Assembly (NCBI RefSeq): GCF_009914755.1
Contig: NC_060932.1
DNA: 64,000 nucleotides
Source of the DNA: the human T2T-CHM13v2.0 reference genome, Homo sapiens
Direction: 5' to 3' (one strand)
Shown here: positions 1 to 13,607 of the stretch, one piece after another
How the letters are laid out: every line of letters starts with the position of its first letter
How positions within the stretch are numbered: the stretch's first letter is position 1
The notes under the pieces: model-generated
Databases searched by the model: none
The model's input: the letters and a program-made list of their open reading frames with translations, nothing else
Told to the model about the DNA's origin: nothing
Position numbers and translations under genes: made by a program

Positions 1-444
1 TGACTCCCTGTGGAGCACACCTTTCACATGCAAACCAGCTAATCCAGAGCCCACACCTCCAACTATCTCCTTTTTCACGCTCTCAATATTCCCCTGCCAT
101 TATCAACCCAGGGCCAGATAGCAGACAACTACAGACCACTCCTAGAGTGCAGAGTCCACTGAAATTACTCAGTCTAATCCTAAACCTGCTCAGCTTGCTT
201 ACACTGCCTTGCACATTCCTTCCCATGAAAATCACAATAAAGGTTACGGCCCATTCTTTCTTCTTGCTTCTTCTGCCTTCTGACCAACCCTGGTGTGGCG
301 CGTGTGGCCCTGTGTCGTATGGCATGCCCCTTCCTCTTGAGAACTTTGTGTAACAAACCACCTTCAATGGCAAACCTCTCATGACCTGTCGATAAAAACA
401 ACCCCGACCCAGCCCCATTCAAAAGCAGATCCATTTTAAAAACA
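1..444 (+). mobile_element. ERVL solo LTR, MER74/MER73/MER54-like (5' part outside window)
   Basis: Resembles recalled MER74-family consensus (CCCAGGGCCAG..CAGACAACTA, CTGAAATTA.TCA, CACAATAAAGG polyA signal, TGTGGCCCTG) and ends in TTTTAAAAACA. Confidence 0.7.
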
Positions 445-1044
445 GGTTGTCCGTGATCAAATCAGGATAATTACTCTATTAATATGTACAAATATTGTGT
501 CAATTTAAAAAATAACAGATTGTCAGCATAACAATGGCATTGAAAGCCTTTAGAATGATGGGGATCACTTAAGGGAAGTGTGTAGATAGAGAAAAGGAGT
601 CACGAGGGCCACCAGGGGAGTCCCCAAAACTAAAGATCTATGTTTTGGATTTCAGACTGTGTGTCAACTGAGTTGAAGAACTATTTTCAAGCTTTCTCAG
701 CACCTCAAAAATCATGCCACATAAGCCACTGCCTACTCTACGTAAGTGTAAGGCTGATCCTGTTTCAAAATGAGTAATCTTCACTAAGCCCACAAGCATA
801 GTTGAGTTATCTTCCCAGAGAAATAACATGAAGTTAAAAGCCATCCACGTGAGGATACACCCAGTAGGCAGAAACACATGAGATATAAAGCAACCATCCC
901 AATGTGCTGATAAGAAAGAAAAAAAAAAAACACGTAGGTAAAACTCCTACACTGACAGACATCCAGGGTCTCTGCTGAGATGTCAGGCAACCAAATGCAC
1001 ACAGAGCCATATCCCCAGAGCACGTCTCAGACCTGTGCCATTCC

Positions 1045-1335
1045 AGCACAGCGTTCTCACAGGTCTACGGTGAAATGAGAAAACCAGGCAGTGCATTTTC
1101 AACAAAGCTAAAAGTATTTATTTAAAAGAATTCCTTTGAATCTGAGATTATGACTTTTCTGCCTTTTTTGGTATTTAGATACCCTTCCTTTCACGAAATA
1201 GTGGCAAAAGTAGAGACAGTTTGTTACTTTTATACTTGACAAAAGAACAAACAGGCAGTCCCATAGAGGCCCTTCACATTTTTTACTCTTTTCTTTTTAC
1301 TGGACCATAATTTAAAAATTTGGAAACCACTAATC
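1045..1335. mobile_element. Possible degraded hAT-Charlie-type DNA transposon fragment
   Basis: Ends CAGCGTTCTCA... and ...TTTGGAAACCACT resemble Charlie/MER5-type TIRs; interior not confidently matched. Confidence 0.3.
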
Positions 1336-4300
1336 TAAAAGATGTTACATACCCAGATATTTGAAAAAAAAAAATCCACTATTTATAACCAGATTTCTGC
1401 TTTCTGTTTCATCCGGACAAATGGAGTAACCCAGACATAGCTCGAATGAGATTTCTCAACGCCACCCATGATATGGAGTTTCCATTTTGACAGGTTGGCC
1501 GTGAGTTAGGAAACTATTATCCCAGTGATGGAGGGAATGCGTACACATCCAGAGCTAAAGTGTTATGTTTTCTCAGATACTGACAAGTAGGGACAAAGGT
1601 TCAATGGTGACTAATGAATAAACTGTTAAGGTGGAGTCAGGACTTAATTGTTTAAAAGCAGTCACTTGAGGCATGTAGCTGCATTCACTGTGAAACCAAA
1701 TCAAGCTTCTGATGATGTGGCAAGGACAGATGTATGTATTTATTTATTTAAACAAAAAGGCTTAGCACTTCATCAAAGTCTACTCTCCGCTTAAACTTTG
1801 AACAGCTACTATAAGGGGATGTAGGATGAACAAGTTATCTTTGGGTTTTTTGGTTTTTTTTTTGTTTTTTTTTTTGCTAATTCTGGGAGTAATTACAGCA
1901 TCAAATTTCTGGGTATGTTCTTCAATAAGTAGGTCAGGCTCAAATGTTTGGATACAGTAATTTAGGAGGAGGAGCTTGTCCTGAGGAGGTTGCTAGAAGG
2001 GAGATGAGGGAGACAGAGCCAAAGGCATAATAAATGATAAATTATGCATTAATCAGGCCACTCCTTCATTTTCCTATTGTGGTTAAGAGATTACAATATT
2101 AATCTAGCACTACACATTTAATGTAATGAAAAGCAGTGACAAAGAAAACTTCTACTGTTTTCTATGGAAGAAGCGATGCAAAGCTTGAGAAATTGGCTGC
2201 AAGATTACCTACTGTCATTTCCACATTCACCTAAAGTGATCACACTTGAACCAAGACCATCACAGGAAAAGGGAGGATGTTTATCACTGGGATCTAGAAC
2301 TCTGGCTTCCCTAATTTCTTCATGGACCAGAATGGAGCCTGCAGGCAGCACTATGGCCAGTCTGCACATACTGCATTAAAAAAAGAAAAGTGACATGACT
2401 TTTTGTTCTTGTTGGGGCTTTCCTTCAACTGTAACTAAAAAAAAAAAAAAAAAAATACTGATATCAGACCAAAGGGGAAAAAGCCATATATTTTGTTTCT
2501 GTAAATATAAACACAGTTGTAGGGGCACACAGACATGATGTTGACGTATGTATGGGTGTTTGTATACATTTTTAGAGATGGGCATCGGGTAAATTAAAAA
2601 CATAATTTCATTAGAAATTCAGAACCAGATTTATTCTTTTCAGTTACAAGACATAAAAGCTTCAATATAAAATAAAGTTGTATTTCTGTATTGAATTGTC
2701 TTGAACTTTTGTACTGAACCAATATAAAAATTGAACTGTTCTTTGGTATTGAACCAGAAAAAGACCGAATGGCCTCTCAGCCTGAAAATGGAAGTTCACC
2801 ATTCAATTCCTAAAATAACTTGCTTACTACCATAACATTTGAACAAGAAATATTTAATTTTTAATGCTATTTTAAAAATCCATGTTGCTTGATCTCATAT
2901 GTTTTAAACAAAGTTATACCAGGAGAAGAAACTCAAGAAATAAAGTTTTGTCCAAAAAAATCTCACTTATGGATCCTACTTTAATTCTGAATCATCTCTC
3001 AATTCTTTTAATATTCCTCTTGCTTTCATGGACCCATCTCTTATGTAATTTCTAGTGCTGCACTGGGGAGGCCCAGAAAGAAAAAAGTCACAGTTGGTTT
3101 GTCTCACTTCCCAGAGACAAAATGACATGGAACTCTGGGTAGTGAGATGTGGGACTGCTGAAGGAAAGAAAAAGAAGTTGTTCCAGCCCTTATGTGAGGA
3201 TGCCACATTTATTTAAGAGGGGGTGGAGAAAGAGTAATTAAAGGACAGAATTCAAATTACAACTGAAATCTGTATCAGGCACTATCCTAATGCAGAAGCC
3301 CAGCAAGCAGAATACCAGCAAATGAAACACTAACAAGGGTAGCTGCTATCTCTTCAGACAAACCACTGGCAGCTGGGAGCCCACAGGATTTATTATGATC
3401 AATTAAGGGTGTGGTGGCCTGGGATAACAGAAGCAGTAGTCCTTGCAACATGGATGTGGAATGGAACATTACGAAAAACACCCCGTTTTTAGAGCTCACA
3501 TTTTCCCCCAGCAAAACCAGCTCATGCTCACATTTAAGCATGTGTCTGTTTATCCGAAAGCCTTCAATTCTTGCCTCTTGAAATGAAAAATAAAAATTTA
3601 AAACAAAAAGAGGATTAGGGGCTTGTTGGGTGATAAAGTATGAACTAATTAAGATAACATTTAGAAAATAAAAGCATTAATGAAATTTTAGTTCCCAAAG
3701 AGATAAAATGTTTCTATTCTCATTTAACGGATGATAAAAATAAGTTTTACAGAAGGAATCGAGAAATCTGAAAAGCATTAGAAAAGTGTCAGACATTGAA
3801 ACAAATCACTCCGAGAATGCTCCTACTGTATAAAAATTAGACTCATCTCACCTCACTCCTCACCTTAAATCTGCCTGATATACTCTGAACAAGCTAGATC
3901 AGGTTATCTGAGAACCTCTTTAGAGTCCTGAAGGTTAATCCTGTTCTTGCCTCATTAGGAAACATATGACTCTCTTCTCCCATCTCTTTTAAAACTGAGG
4001 GTACCACCAACACCCCAACTGGAGCACGTACAGTTTCTGCTGACATTCCTAAGCCGGTCAGCCAAAGGACTCTGCTGTTTGTGAGCAGACACTCCTAGCA
4101 CTGGGTGCTGGCTGGCTGACAAGTAACAAGTAAGGAGCAATGAAGAGATTCCTTTATTCCCTGAAAAACTGGAAACCTACAGCAAAGTGGCCTGACTCCT
4201 GCAGAGAGATTGGCAAATGCACAAATAAAATTTTCCCAATTTTAAAAAAACCATGCACATGTGAAGAATAAACCTCTTATCATCTGAATAATAACAATAC

Positions 4301-4559
4301 CCCAAGAACACTCAACACTATGCCAGACACCATGTGAAACACCTTGTAGGCCTCGTCTAAGGGAAACTTCAGAACCACCCTAATGAAAATGATGCTTTGC
4401 ATGTGACAATAAGCAGAGGCATCTGAGCCTCACACACGTGGATTCAAATCCTAGTTACCCAGTTCCAAGTTGTATAACTTTAGAAGACTGACTGTGTTTC
4501 TCAGTTTTAACTTATTCACCCTTCAGAAATGGGCTCTAGCCCTTCAAATAAGACAATCC

Positions 4560-4637
4560 TATAAGCATTTATTCTACCTCCAAAATCCACCCTAGATGTG
4601 TCCAGTTTCTCCATCTGTACAGCCTCAACCCAAGTTT
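4560..4637 (+). mobile_element. L2 fragment (left part, split by Arthur1)
   Basis: CTACCTCCAAAAT..TCCAGTTTCTCCATCT is collinear with the L2 sequence that resumes at ~6978. Confidence 0.55.
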
Positions 4638-5073
4638 AAGGGGCAGATCTAGGTTTTGTGAGGCCTGAGGGTTGTGCAGTTTGGGAGGCCACATTTAAAG
4701 AAAGGGCTGAGAATACAAAAGCTAAGAATACATTTAAGAATACATCTAAGAATACAGAAAGGGCTAAGAATACAAAGCTAAGAATACAAAATTAGGTTAA
4801 AAAATACTATGTACTTACAGTGAGAAGAGAAATTACAGGCTTGAAAACAAATTTTTAAAGCTATTTTGAAATACTGCAAACTTTACAAAAATTCAGAAAA
4901 ATAATATACCATTTTTATTAATTGACATGTTGACACACCTCCATAATTTTTCCTGAATGCTTTGGCTGCATATTCTTTGATCACCTCTTCATATGACAAA
5001 AATTTTGTAAAATACCTTTTGATAAAGACAATGGATAACACAATCTTTCTTCTGGCAAGTTGAGGATAATCAC

Positions 5074-5423
5074 CATGTTAGTCTAATATCACGCTGCTAT
5101 AAAGAACTACCCAAGACCAGGTAATTTATAAAGGAAAGAGGTTGAATTGACTCACATTTCTACATGGCTTGGAAGGGCGCGGGAAACTTACAATCATGGC
5201 AGAAGGTGAAGAAGGCACATCTTACATGGCGGCAGGTGAGAGACAGTGTGTACAGGAAAAACTACCATTTATAAAACCATCAGAACTCATGAGAATTCAC
5301 TCACTATCATGAGAACAGCATGGGGGAAACCGCCCCAATAATCCAATCACTTCCCTCCCTAGACACATGGGGATTACAATTCTGGATAAGATTTGGGTGG
5401 GGACACAGAGCCAAACAATATCA
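5074..5423 (-). mobile_element. MaLR solo LTR, THE1D/MSTA-like
   Basis: GCTGCTATAAAGAACTACC...GGAAACTTACAATCATGGCAGAAGG...GGGGACACAGAGCCAAACAATATCA; imperfect 5-bp TSD ATCAC/GTCAC. Confidence 0.9.
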
Positions 5424-5813
5424 GTCACTGAAGGCTTAAAGTATTTATTTCAGCTATACATGTTATTGTAGTATTATGCAAACATTAGAGATTTTTGTCA
5501 AATTTGGAAAGACTACTTTCTCATTTCTTTCGTAGATGAGCTGTAAGATTTAGGAGCATTTCAAGTTTTCTGTGACTAATCATAGTTACAGAGGTGATTA
5601 GTGACTAATTTAAATGACTAATCTTAAATACTCTTTGAATCAGCAAAACTCATTAAGCAGTTTGTTGTTGATGTTCTACTTGAGAATGGTGTGTTAGGAG
5701 TTTTATTTTCATCTTGTGAAACAACAAGAAATTTAAATATTTTACGAATATGTTTATATGATCTTCTCCTCTTCATTAACTGGATTATCAAGCAATCAAT
5801 GAACTGTCAGTTT

Positions 5814-6482
<669 letters not shown>

Positions 6483-6977
6483 TACTTCTCAAAATTTATC
6501 TCTTCCTCTTAATGAATTAGTGAAATTTGAAAATTTGGGGGTTACATAATTCACTTCTGAATGTTTTATATCTTTGTTTTATATCTCATTACTTCCCAAT
6601 CTATATTTCTTTGGCTCTCCAGTAAATGTAAAGATTATCAAGTAAGTTCACTTTCTTTGTTTAATGGAACTGTTCCATAGCATCTTTGCAAATCATAGTT
6701 ACAATGATATATGGCTGACTCACCTCACCCTTGACAGGATCCCAAAAATACCCACAGCCACTCCACTATCACCCCACCCAAGTGGAAGCATGGGTGGGTA
6801 GCAGAGTCAGAATAGAAAGGAACAGCTGTCTTAACAGTTAGCAACTAAAATGTCTTGTTTTTGCAAATATCACGAAGACATATGACCCATGAATACATCA
6901 CTAAGGCTCTTCTCCTAGCCTAAGAAGAGGTCTATGTAAGCAAGGGACCTTTCATTAGCTTCAAGATAAACCCATCC

Positions 6978-7310
6978 AGGCCACCACCACCTCTCAGCTG
7001 GGCTATTTTAGTAGCTTCCTAACTGCTTTCTGTGTTTTCACCCTTACTTATTCTCCTATAATTTACTTCCATGCAGCACCCTGAGAGACGTTTAAATATG
7101 TAAATTAATTTATGTCACTCTCCTGCTTAAAACCTTTCAGTGACTTTCCATTGCATATATTACACTAGCCAAACTCCTTATTACCAAATACTTGTCCTGC
7201 AATCTAGATGCTGCCTAGCTCATAGACTCATCTCATATCTCCTCAAAGCACCCCCATTGCTCACATGCTGTTGTTACACTGGCCTTGTTCTCATGCTTAA
7301 GTGCTCTACC
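6978..7310 (+). mobile_element. L2 fragment
   Basis: GCCACCACCACCTCTCAGCTGGGCTA..AGCTTCCTAACTG...ATGTCACTCTCCTGCTTAAAACCTTTCAGTGACTTTCCATTGC is typical L2. Confidence 0.7.
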
Positions 7311-8849
7311 ACCCCAGTGAAAATTATGCAACAGTGTTTCAGGAACAATAAAGCACTATATCCACGTGAACTATGACTATTATCAGAGTCAGGAATAGAA
7401 TGCCTGTGACTAAAATGGCTGAGGAAGAAAAGTTGTAGATTTTGATTCTTGCCAAAGTTTCTTACTACTATAAACACTGTTCTGAACCTCCACAAATGGA
7501 ACTGCTGAAAATACAGGTCCAAGTCTTACAGCCATATAGCAAGTCACCATATGTGTGCATATGGTACACGTGTATATATACAATATGTGTAAGCAAATGG
7601 AAAGGGTATTTAGCTATAGTAGCTTGCCTACATTACAGATATTTTATCAAATTACAGTCTACATTTAGCAATCTAGTTAGTAATTAAAATACAACGTATG
7701 GCACCGTGCTACTTAAAGTGAAATAGCAATACAAAGTTTTGAGATTTTAGTCAATGATTTCTAATAATCCTCCTTTATCAGAAAGAGTCAATGTTTTTCA
7801 ACATTATCTAGTATTAATGTGGCTGCTCTCCCCAGTTGAGAGATGAAAAGATTGAAGAATAAAGAGCTGGTTCAGGTCATGTGTAATCAATAGAGTGGCC
7901 AAAAAAGGTCTTGTTGTTCCTGGTCTTGAGAGTATTTGTTCCCTTGCCACACTGGATTTATTTCCTGAAGACAGCAACATCAAGTATTTTTCAGCAACAT
8001 AAAACCCAACTCAAAGACACACATGAAAATTTGGTGACCAGATGAATATAGAGAATTGATAACAATGAAGAAAAAAATGCAGAAGACCACACAGGTGGGA
8101 GATTATTATAACTCCAGAAAGATGAAGAATCTGGGGTTTACAGGGGAGCACAAACTTTGAAAATGTCCATAATAACTTTCATTTTTATATATCACACATG
8201 ACAGGCTTCTCATTGTTCAAATATGGTCTCTACAACATTAAATCACTTAGCATTGTCTAATAATTATTTCTTTAGATGATTTACCACTTTTACAGTACTG
8301 GATTTTGCACAAGTTCTGCTTTCTCTCTCTGAATTTCAAGGCTCAGCTCATCTTTGTATTCAGTGACTTCCACAGTCTGATCCAAACTTAGGTATTGCCT
8401 GACTTAAACTTCCCCTAAACAAATATTACTTGTATGTCAAATAAGTTTCATATAGTTCCCTTTATAGGTCATGATTATTCTACTTTTCATTGCTCAAATG
8501 TTCACTGAAATCCTTTCTATTACCTCTGTTGATCCAAGTCCACTTTCCTTCCAAGATGATGTCAAATCCTTTTCCACAATGTCACTGCTTAGAAATGCCT
8601 ATAGCTATATCCGCATGATTTTTTATTGTAAAGTATACATTTCCATCTGTCTAAGATGTTTTATTGCCATAATACTGTAAACTTCATTAGAATGGGGACT
8701 TTTAAAATACTCTATAGTGTCTAGTATTAAACTAAGCACATAATAGGCACCTGTTAAATATGAATTTATCCTCTTAGCAAAGTTAAACCACTACATTTCT
8801 ATTAATATTTTTCTAACTTTAGACATTATTGTATTCCACTGAAGTCTCT

Positions 8850-9080
8850 AGAGTCAGACTGCAAGATTTAGAATCACATTTAGCCCTTTCATTTTCTGGC
8901 TTTGTTACCATAGATGAGCTACTTTATTTTTCTGGGTTTTGATTTTCTCAACTACAAAAGGATGATAATAAGAGTAGCTATGTTGCAAGGTTAGTGTCAG
9001 GATTAAATGATGGTGCTTAACATAATACCTGGCACATTGTAGTTTTCAATAAATAACATCTGTTGTTATTATTACTACTA
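8850..9080 (+). mobile_element. MIR SINE
   Basis: GAGTCAGACTG...GGATTAAATGA...CCTGGCACATTGTAG..CAATAAAT..TATTATTACT. Confidence 0.65.
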
Positions 9081-9274
9081 TCTGTTCCTTATTCTAAACA
9101 CACATCATTCATGCTTATATGCACTCTCCCAATTAAACATCATTCTTATATTTTTGAATATTTATTTGAAGTTTTACATATGTTTGCCACTTTATTCTTA
9201 TTAGCGTTACTTCTTATCTATCACATCTCCTTCTAGGATCATGTTCCTTTTTCCTGCAGAGCATATGGTAGACA

Positions 9275-10108
<834 letters not shown>

Positions 10109-10119
10109 CTTTAAAGTTT

Positions 10120-11050
10120 TCTGCAAACCATGGTTTTGGTGGACTTTGGTAGTAAATTTAGTTTTAACTTTAATTTTTCTGAAAATATCTTAATTTTGCC
10201 CTCACTCATGGATGACAGTTGTGCTAAGTATAAAATTAAGCTGAGAGTTATTGTTTCCTCTCAACTCTTTGAAGACAGTATTCCATTGTCTTTTTACTTC
10301 TGTTACCGCTGTTGACAAGGATGCTGTCATTTGACTTCCTGTTTTAGTTTAATTGCTCTTTTTTTCTGGTTGCTTTCAAGTTGTTTTTTTTCCTTCTTCT
10401 TCAACATTCTGTAATCTCAGAAAAATGTGTCTAGGCATGAATTTCGTTTTTATTTATTCTGCTTAGGATACATTATGGGTTCAAAATCTGAGGATTTATG
10501 GGTTTTTTTCATCAGTTCTGGAGAATTCACATCCATTATCACTACTCTTCCATTCTCTATGTCAGACTTTTTCATTCTAGCCTTGATCTAATAAGCTACT
10601 TAACAATCTTTTGGGTTTTATTTTTTATGATTTCAACAATGTTTTTTATATTTAGAATTTTTCACTTTTCATTTTAATGTGTTTTTTCTAACAAATTTTT
10701 GTTGATTAGCAAACTCTTTGCATTTTAACATCTTTGTTACATATAGAGTTGGTACATATAATACTCTACATAATATACTATATGTCTACACTATGTCTGA
10801 AAAACTCAAGTATCTTAGGAGCCTAAATATGTTATCCATCAGTTCAAGAAATCTAAATCAGAGTGGCTGCCTCATACATTTGAAGATCTTTGATTGTGAG
10901 CTCATTTCTTCATCTTAATTGTATAATTCCTGTACCTCATTGGGAACCAGGGAAACTTTTCTGCAGGAAAGATTTGCTCCTGCAAATAACCAGGGGATGC
11001 AACTGACCCAGGTCTACTATATCTCTGGTGAGTGTCTCAGCTCATCCTGG
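10120..11050 (-). mobile_element. Old L1ME/HAL1-like fragment (ORF1 region)
   Basis: T-rich antisense L1 motifs TTTGAAGACAGTATTCCATTGTCTT..CTGTTGACAAG..TGCTGTCA and CATCAGTTCTGGAGAATTC. Confidence 0.55.
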
Positions 11051-11459
11051 GAGATCCAAGCTCCCTCATTATTTATCCTGATGCCTGGAAAGTCACCATC
11101 AGAAAATTTTACCTAAAGATTATGAAACCATGTATACTTTCAATAAGTCTCTGTTAAAAAGCAAATGAGTTCAAGAGGGATACTACTCTTGAGTTATGAG
11201 GTGCCTTCCAATAAAGGAACAGTAGACAGATTAATAAGAGCAATGTCCTACAAAACTGCTTAGAGCTGAATTTTCAGAGGACATTTCTGCAGGTTCATAA
11301 TAGTAAAAACTAAAGATCTTTTATATCTATATAGAATGAAGATGACAAATTAATGTCACCTCACATGCCAAATCCAACCAAGTGGCAGTGGTGTACAGAG
11401 TGCTATATTAAGGAGTCTGTTGTCTTCTTTGGGCCCAGCAGAAACAAGTGCCATAAAAA

Positions 11460-11700
11460 CTTGGTAATGTAATAAGAGCACTCCTACGTACCAGGCACTG
11501 CTCTAATTACTTTGCATGCATCAATTAATTAAATCCACACAATAATCTTATTCTCAGTTTTTATTTTACATTTACAGTTGAGAAGATGGACTCTGGTTAA
11601 ATAACTTGCCTGAAGCCATGCAGCAAGTAAATGGTGGATCTAAGTGCTGAACATGGAAAGTCCAGCTTTAAGGCTGTCTGCATAATCATTACACAATAGT
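11460..11700 (-). mobile_element. MIR SINE
   Basis: GAGCACTCCTACGTACCAGGCACTGCTCTAA...GGTTAAATAACTTGCCTGAAGCCATGCAGCAAGTAAATGG. Confidence 0.7.
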
Positions 11701-12022
11701 GCCCCATAAATTAGAGCAGATAAACAGAGTGAAAGGGACAAATCATTCCTCTCTGTGCATACAATGGTGCAAAACTAGGATCTTTACATGTTTTATCTTC
11801 AGATAAAATGAGAACTGGAGCCTGTTTCTTATGTTATCTGGTGGTCTCTACTGGTCTAACATCTGGATCAGAAATACAAGGTTCTTCAAATGACTTAGAA
11901 ATCATTTAGGAAGGCCCCATGCCATGACTGTTGATGGTGACCATTGAGATCAGGTTAATTGCTGGTGCCACTTGCTTTTAACAAAAAGAATTTTCACACA
12001 ATCAGCAAATAATCAAATAACA

Positions 12023-12350
12023 GAGGGATCCCCAACTCCTGGGCTGCAGACCAGTACCAGTCCATGGTCTGTTAGGAACCAGGCCACACAGCAGGAGTTG
12101 AGTGGCAGGTGAGTGAGCATTACTGCCTGAGCTCCACCTCCTGTCAGATCAGCAGTGGCATTAGATTCTATAGGAGCATGAACCCTCTTGTAACGTGCAC
12201 ATGCAAGGGATCTAAGTTGCATGCAACTTATGAGAATCTAATGACTGATGATCTGAGATGGAACAGTTTTGTCCTGAAACAACCCCCACCCACCACGACC
12301 ATTGTCTTCCACAAAACCCATCCCTGGTGCCAAAAAGTTGGAGACCACTG
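12023..12350 (+). mobile_element. MER1B (hAT-Charlie) DNA transposon, near complete
   Basis: GGGATCCCCAAC...CTGTTAGGAACCAGGCCACACAGCAGGAG...CCCTGGTGCCAAAAAGTTGGAGACCACTG. Confidence 0.9.
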
Positions 12351-12766
12351 ATACAACATACAACAATTAGTACTGAGTGGATCTTCCTGAGAAAATGTTT
12401 CCAGTAGAACATTCATCTGGGATCCAAGGTTAAAAATGCACCAGATGTGCCTACAGAACACTTCTTAGAATATTTGTGACATTTTTTGGTTTACAATTAT
12501 TCCTATGCCTCAGACTATACAGTCCTCACAGCTAACTTTATAGCACATTCATAACTGCATCCATAGCCTGGTTATATGCCTGACTACTGGTTTCTTCTTC
12601 ATTATTGTGTATGTAATGAATGAATGCATGGACTGTTAATGTTTAGCCTAAAACCAGAGAACAGTCTGCACATTAATGCAGACTGTGTTTCTATCCTAAG
12701 CTTCTCATTGTGCTATCAACACTTCTGGCTCTTAAGAAAGAGTAAAATGAGACATACTCACAGACA

Positions 12767-12768
<2 letters not shown>

Positions 12769-12803
<35 letters not shown>
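12769..12803. repeat. (CT)n microsatellite
   Basis: Pure CT dinucleotide run. Confidence 0.95.
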
Positions 12804-12808
<5 letters not shown>

Positions 12809-13415
12809 GGCTGATTTGACTTAGCAGAATTATTAAAACTCATCCCACAGACCCCATTTTAGATTTTTAACTGTAAAGACAAGATGACTCTCGGATAAAA
12901 TTTTCTCCATTTCGGAACTATTTCCATTTGCAATTTATATTTGATTTTGAAATACGTAAAACAGGCATAATTTTTGTCTTAAAATGTATAAATAGGTGGA
13001 AGAATATATTTATCTTGTTTTTATTTTTTAAAGAGCTCAGTACTATTAAAGCATTCAAAGGAAAACTTACAAATGAAGAAATACACACATATCTCTGAGT
13101 TCCCAGGACCACAAAAAGCAACCACTTGTTTCGCTGATGTTACACATTATGTTTCTAGGATCACGTGTGATGTGTCTCCCACACTTACAGCACCTCTATA
13201 TGTCTCCCATAAAGTTACGTATAAGGTGTTTTGCTAACTGTAGGATACATATTTGTATCTTTTTATATGCATTCATATTATTTATTCATAGATTCCTCAG
13301 ATAATAAATTGGCAAGCGTTTTATTTTCCTCATTCTTATAGGTTTGCATTATAGTATGTTCCCCTTTGGCAAAGGTTTCATAATTACAGATCCTCAAAGG
13401 TGTAATCAGAATATA

Positions 13416-13418
13416 TGT

Positions 13419-13452
<34 letters not shown>
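13416..13452. repeat. (TG)n microsatellite
   Basis: TG run abutting the Tigger3a end. Confidence 0.95.
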
Positions 13453-13454
<2 letters not shown>

Positions 13455-13607
13455 ACAGTCAGGCATTGCTTAACAACAGGAATGCATTCTGAGAAATGAG
13501 TCGTTAGGCAATTTTGTCATTGTGCAAACATCATAGGGTGTACTTATACAAACCTGTATTGTATACCCTGCTACAAACCTAGGCCGTATGGTATAGCCTA
13601 TTGCTCC

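Noticed and set aside
4700-4792. CRISPR-like repeat-spacer array
   Set aside because: Units are ~10 bp with 1-8 bp spacers, inside a hAT element in eukaryotic DNA, with no cas genes.
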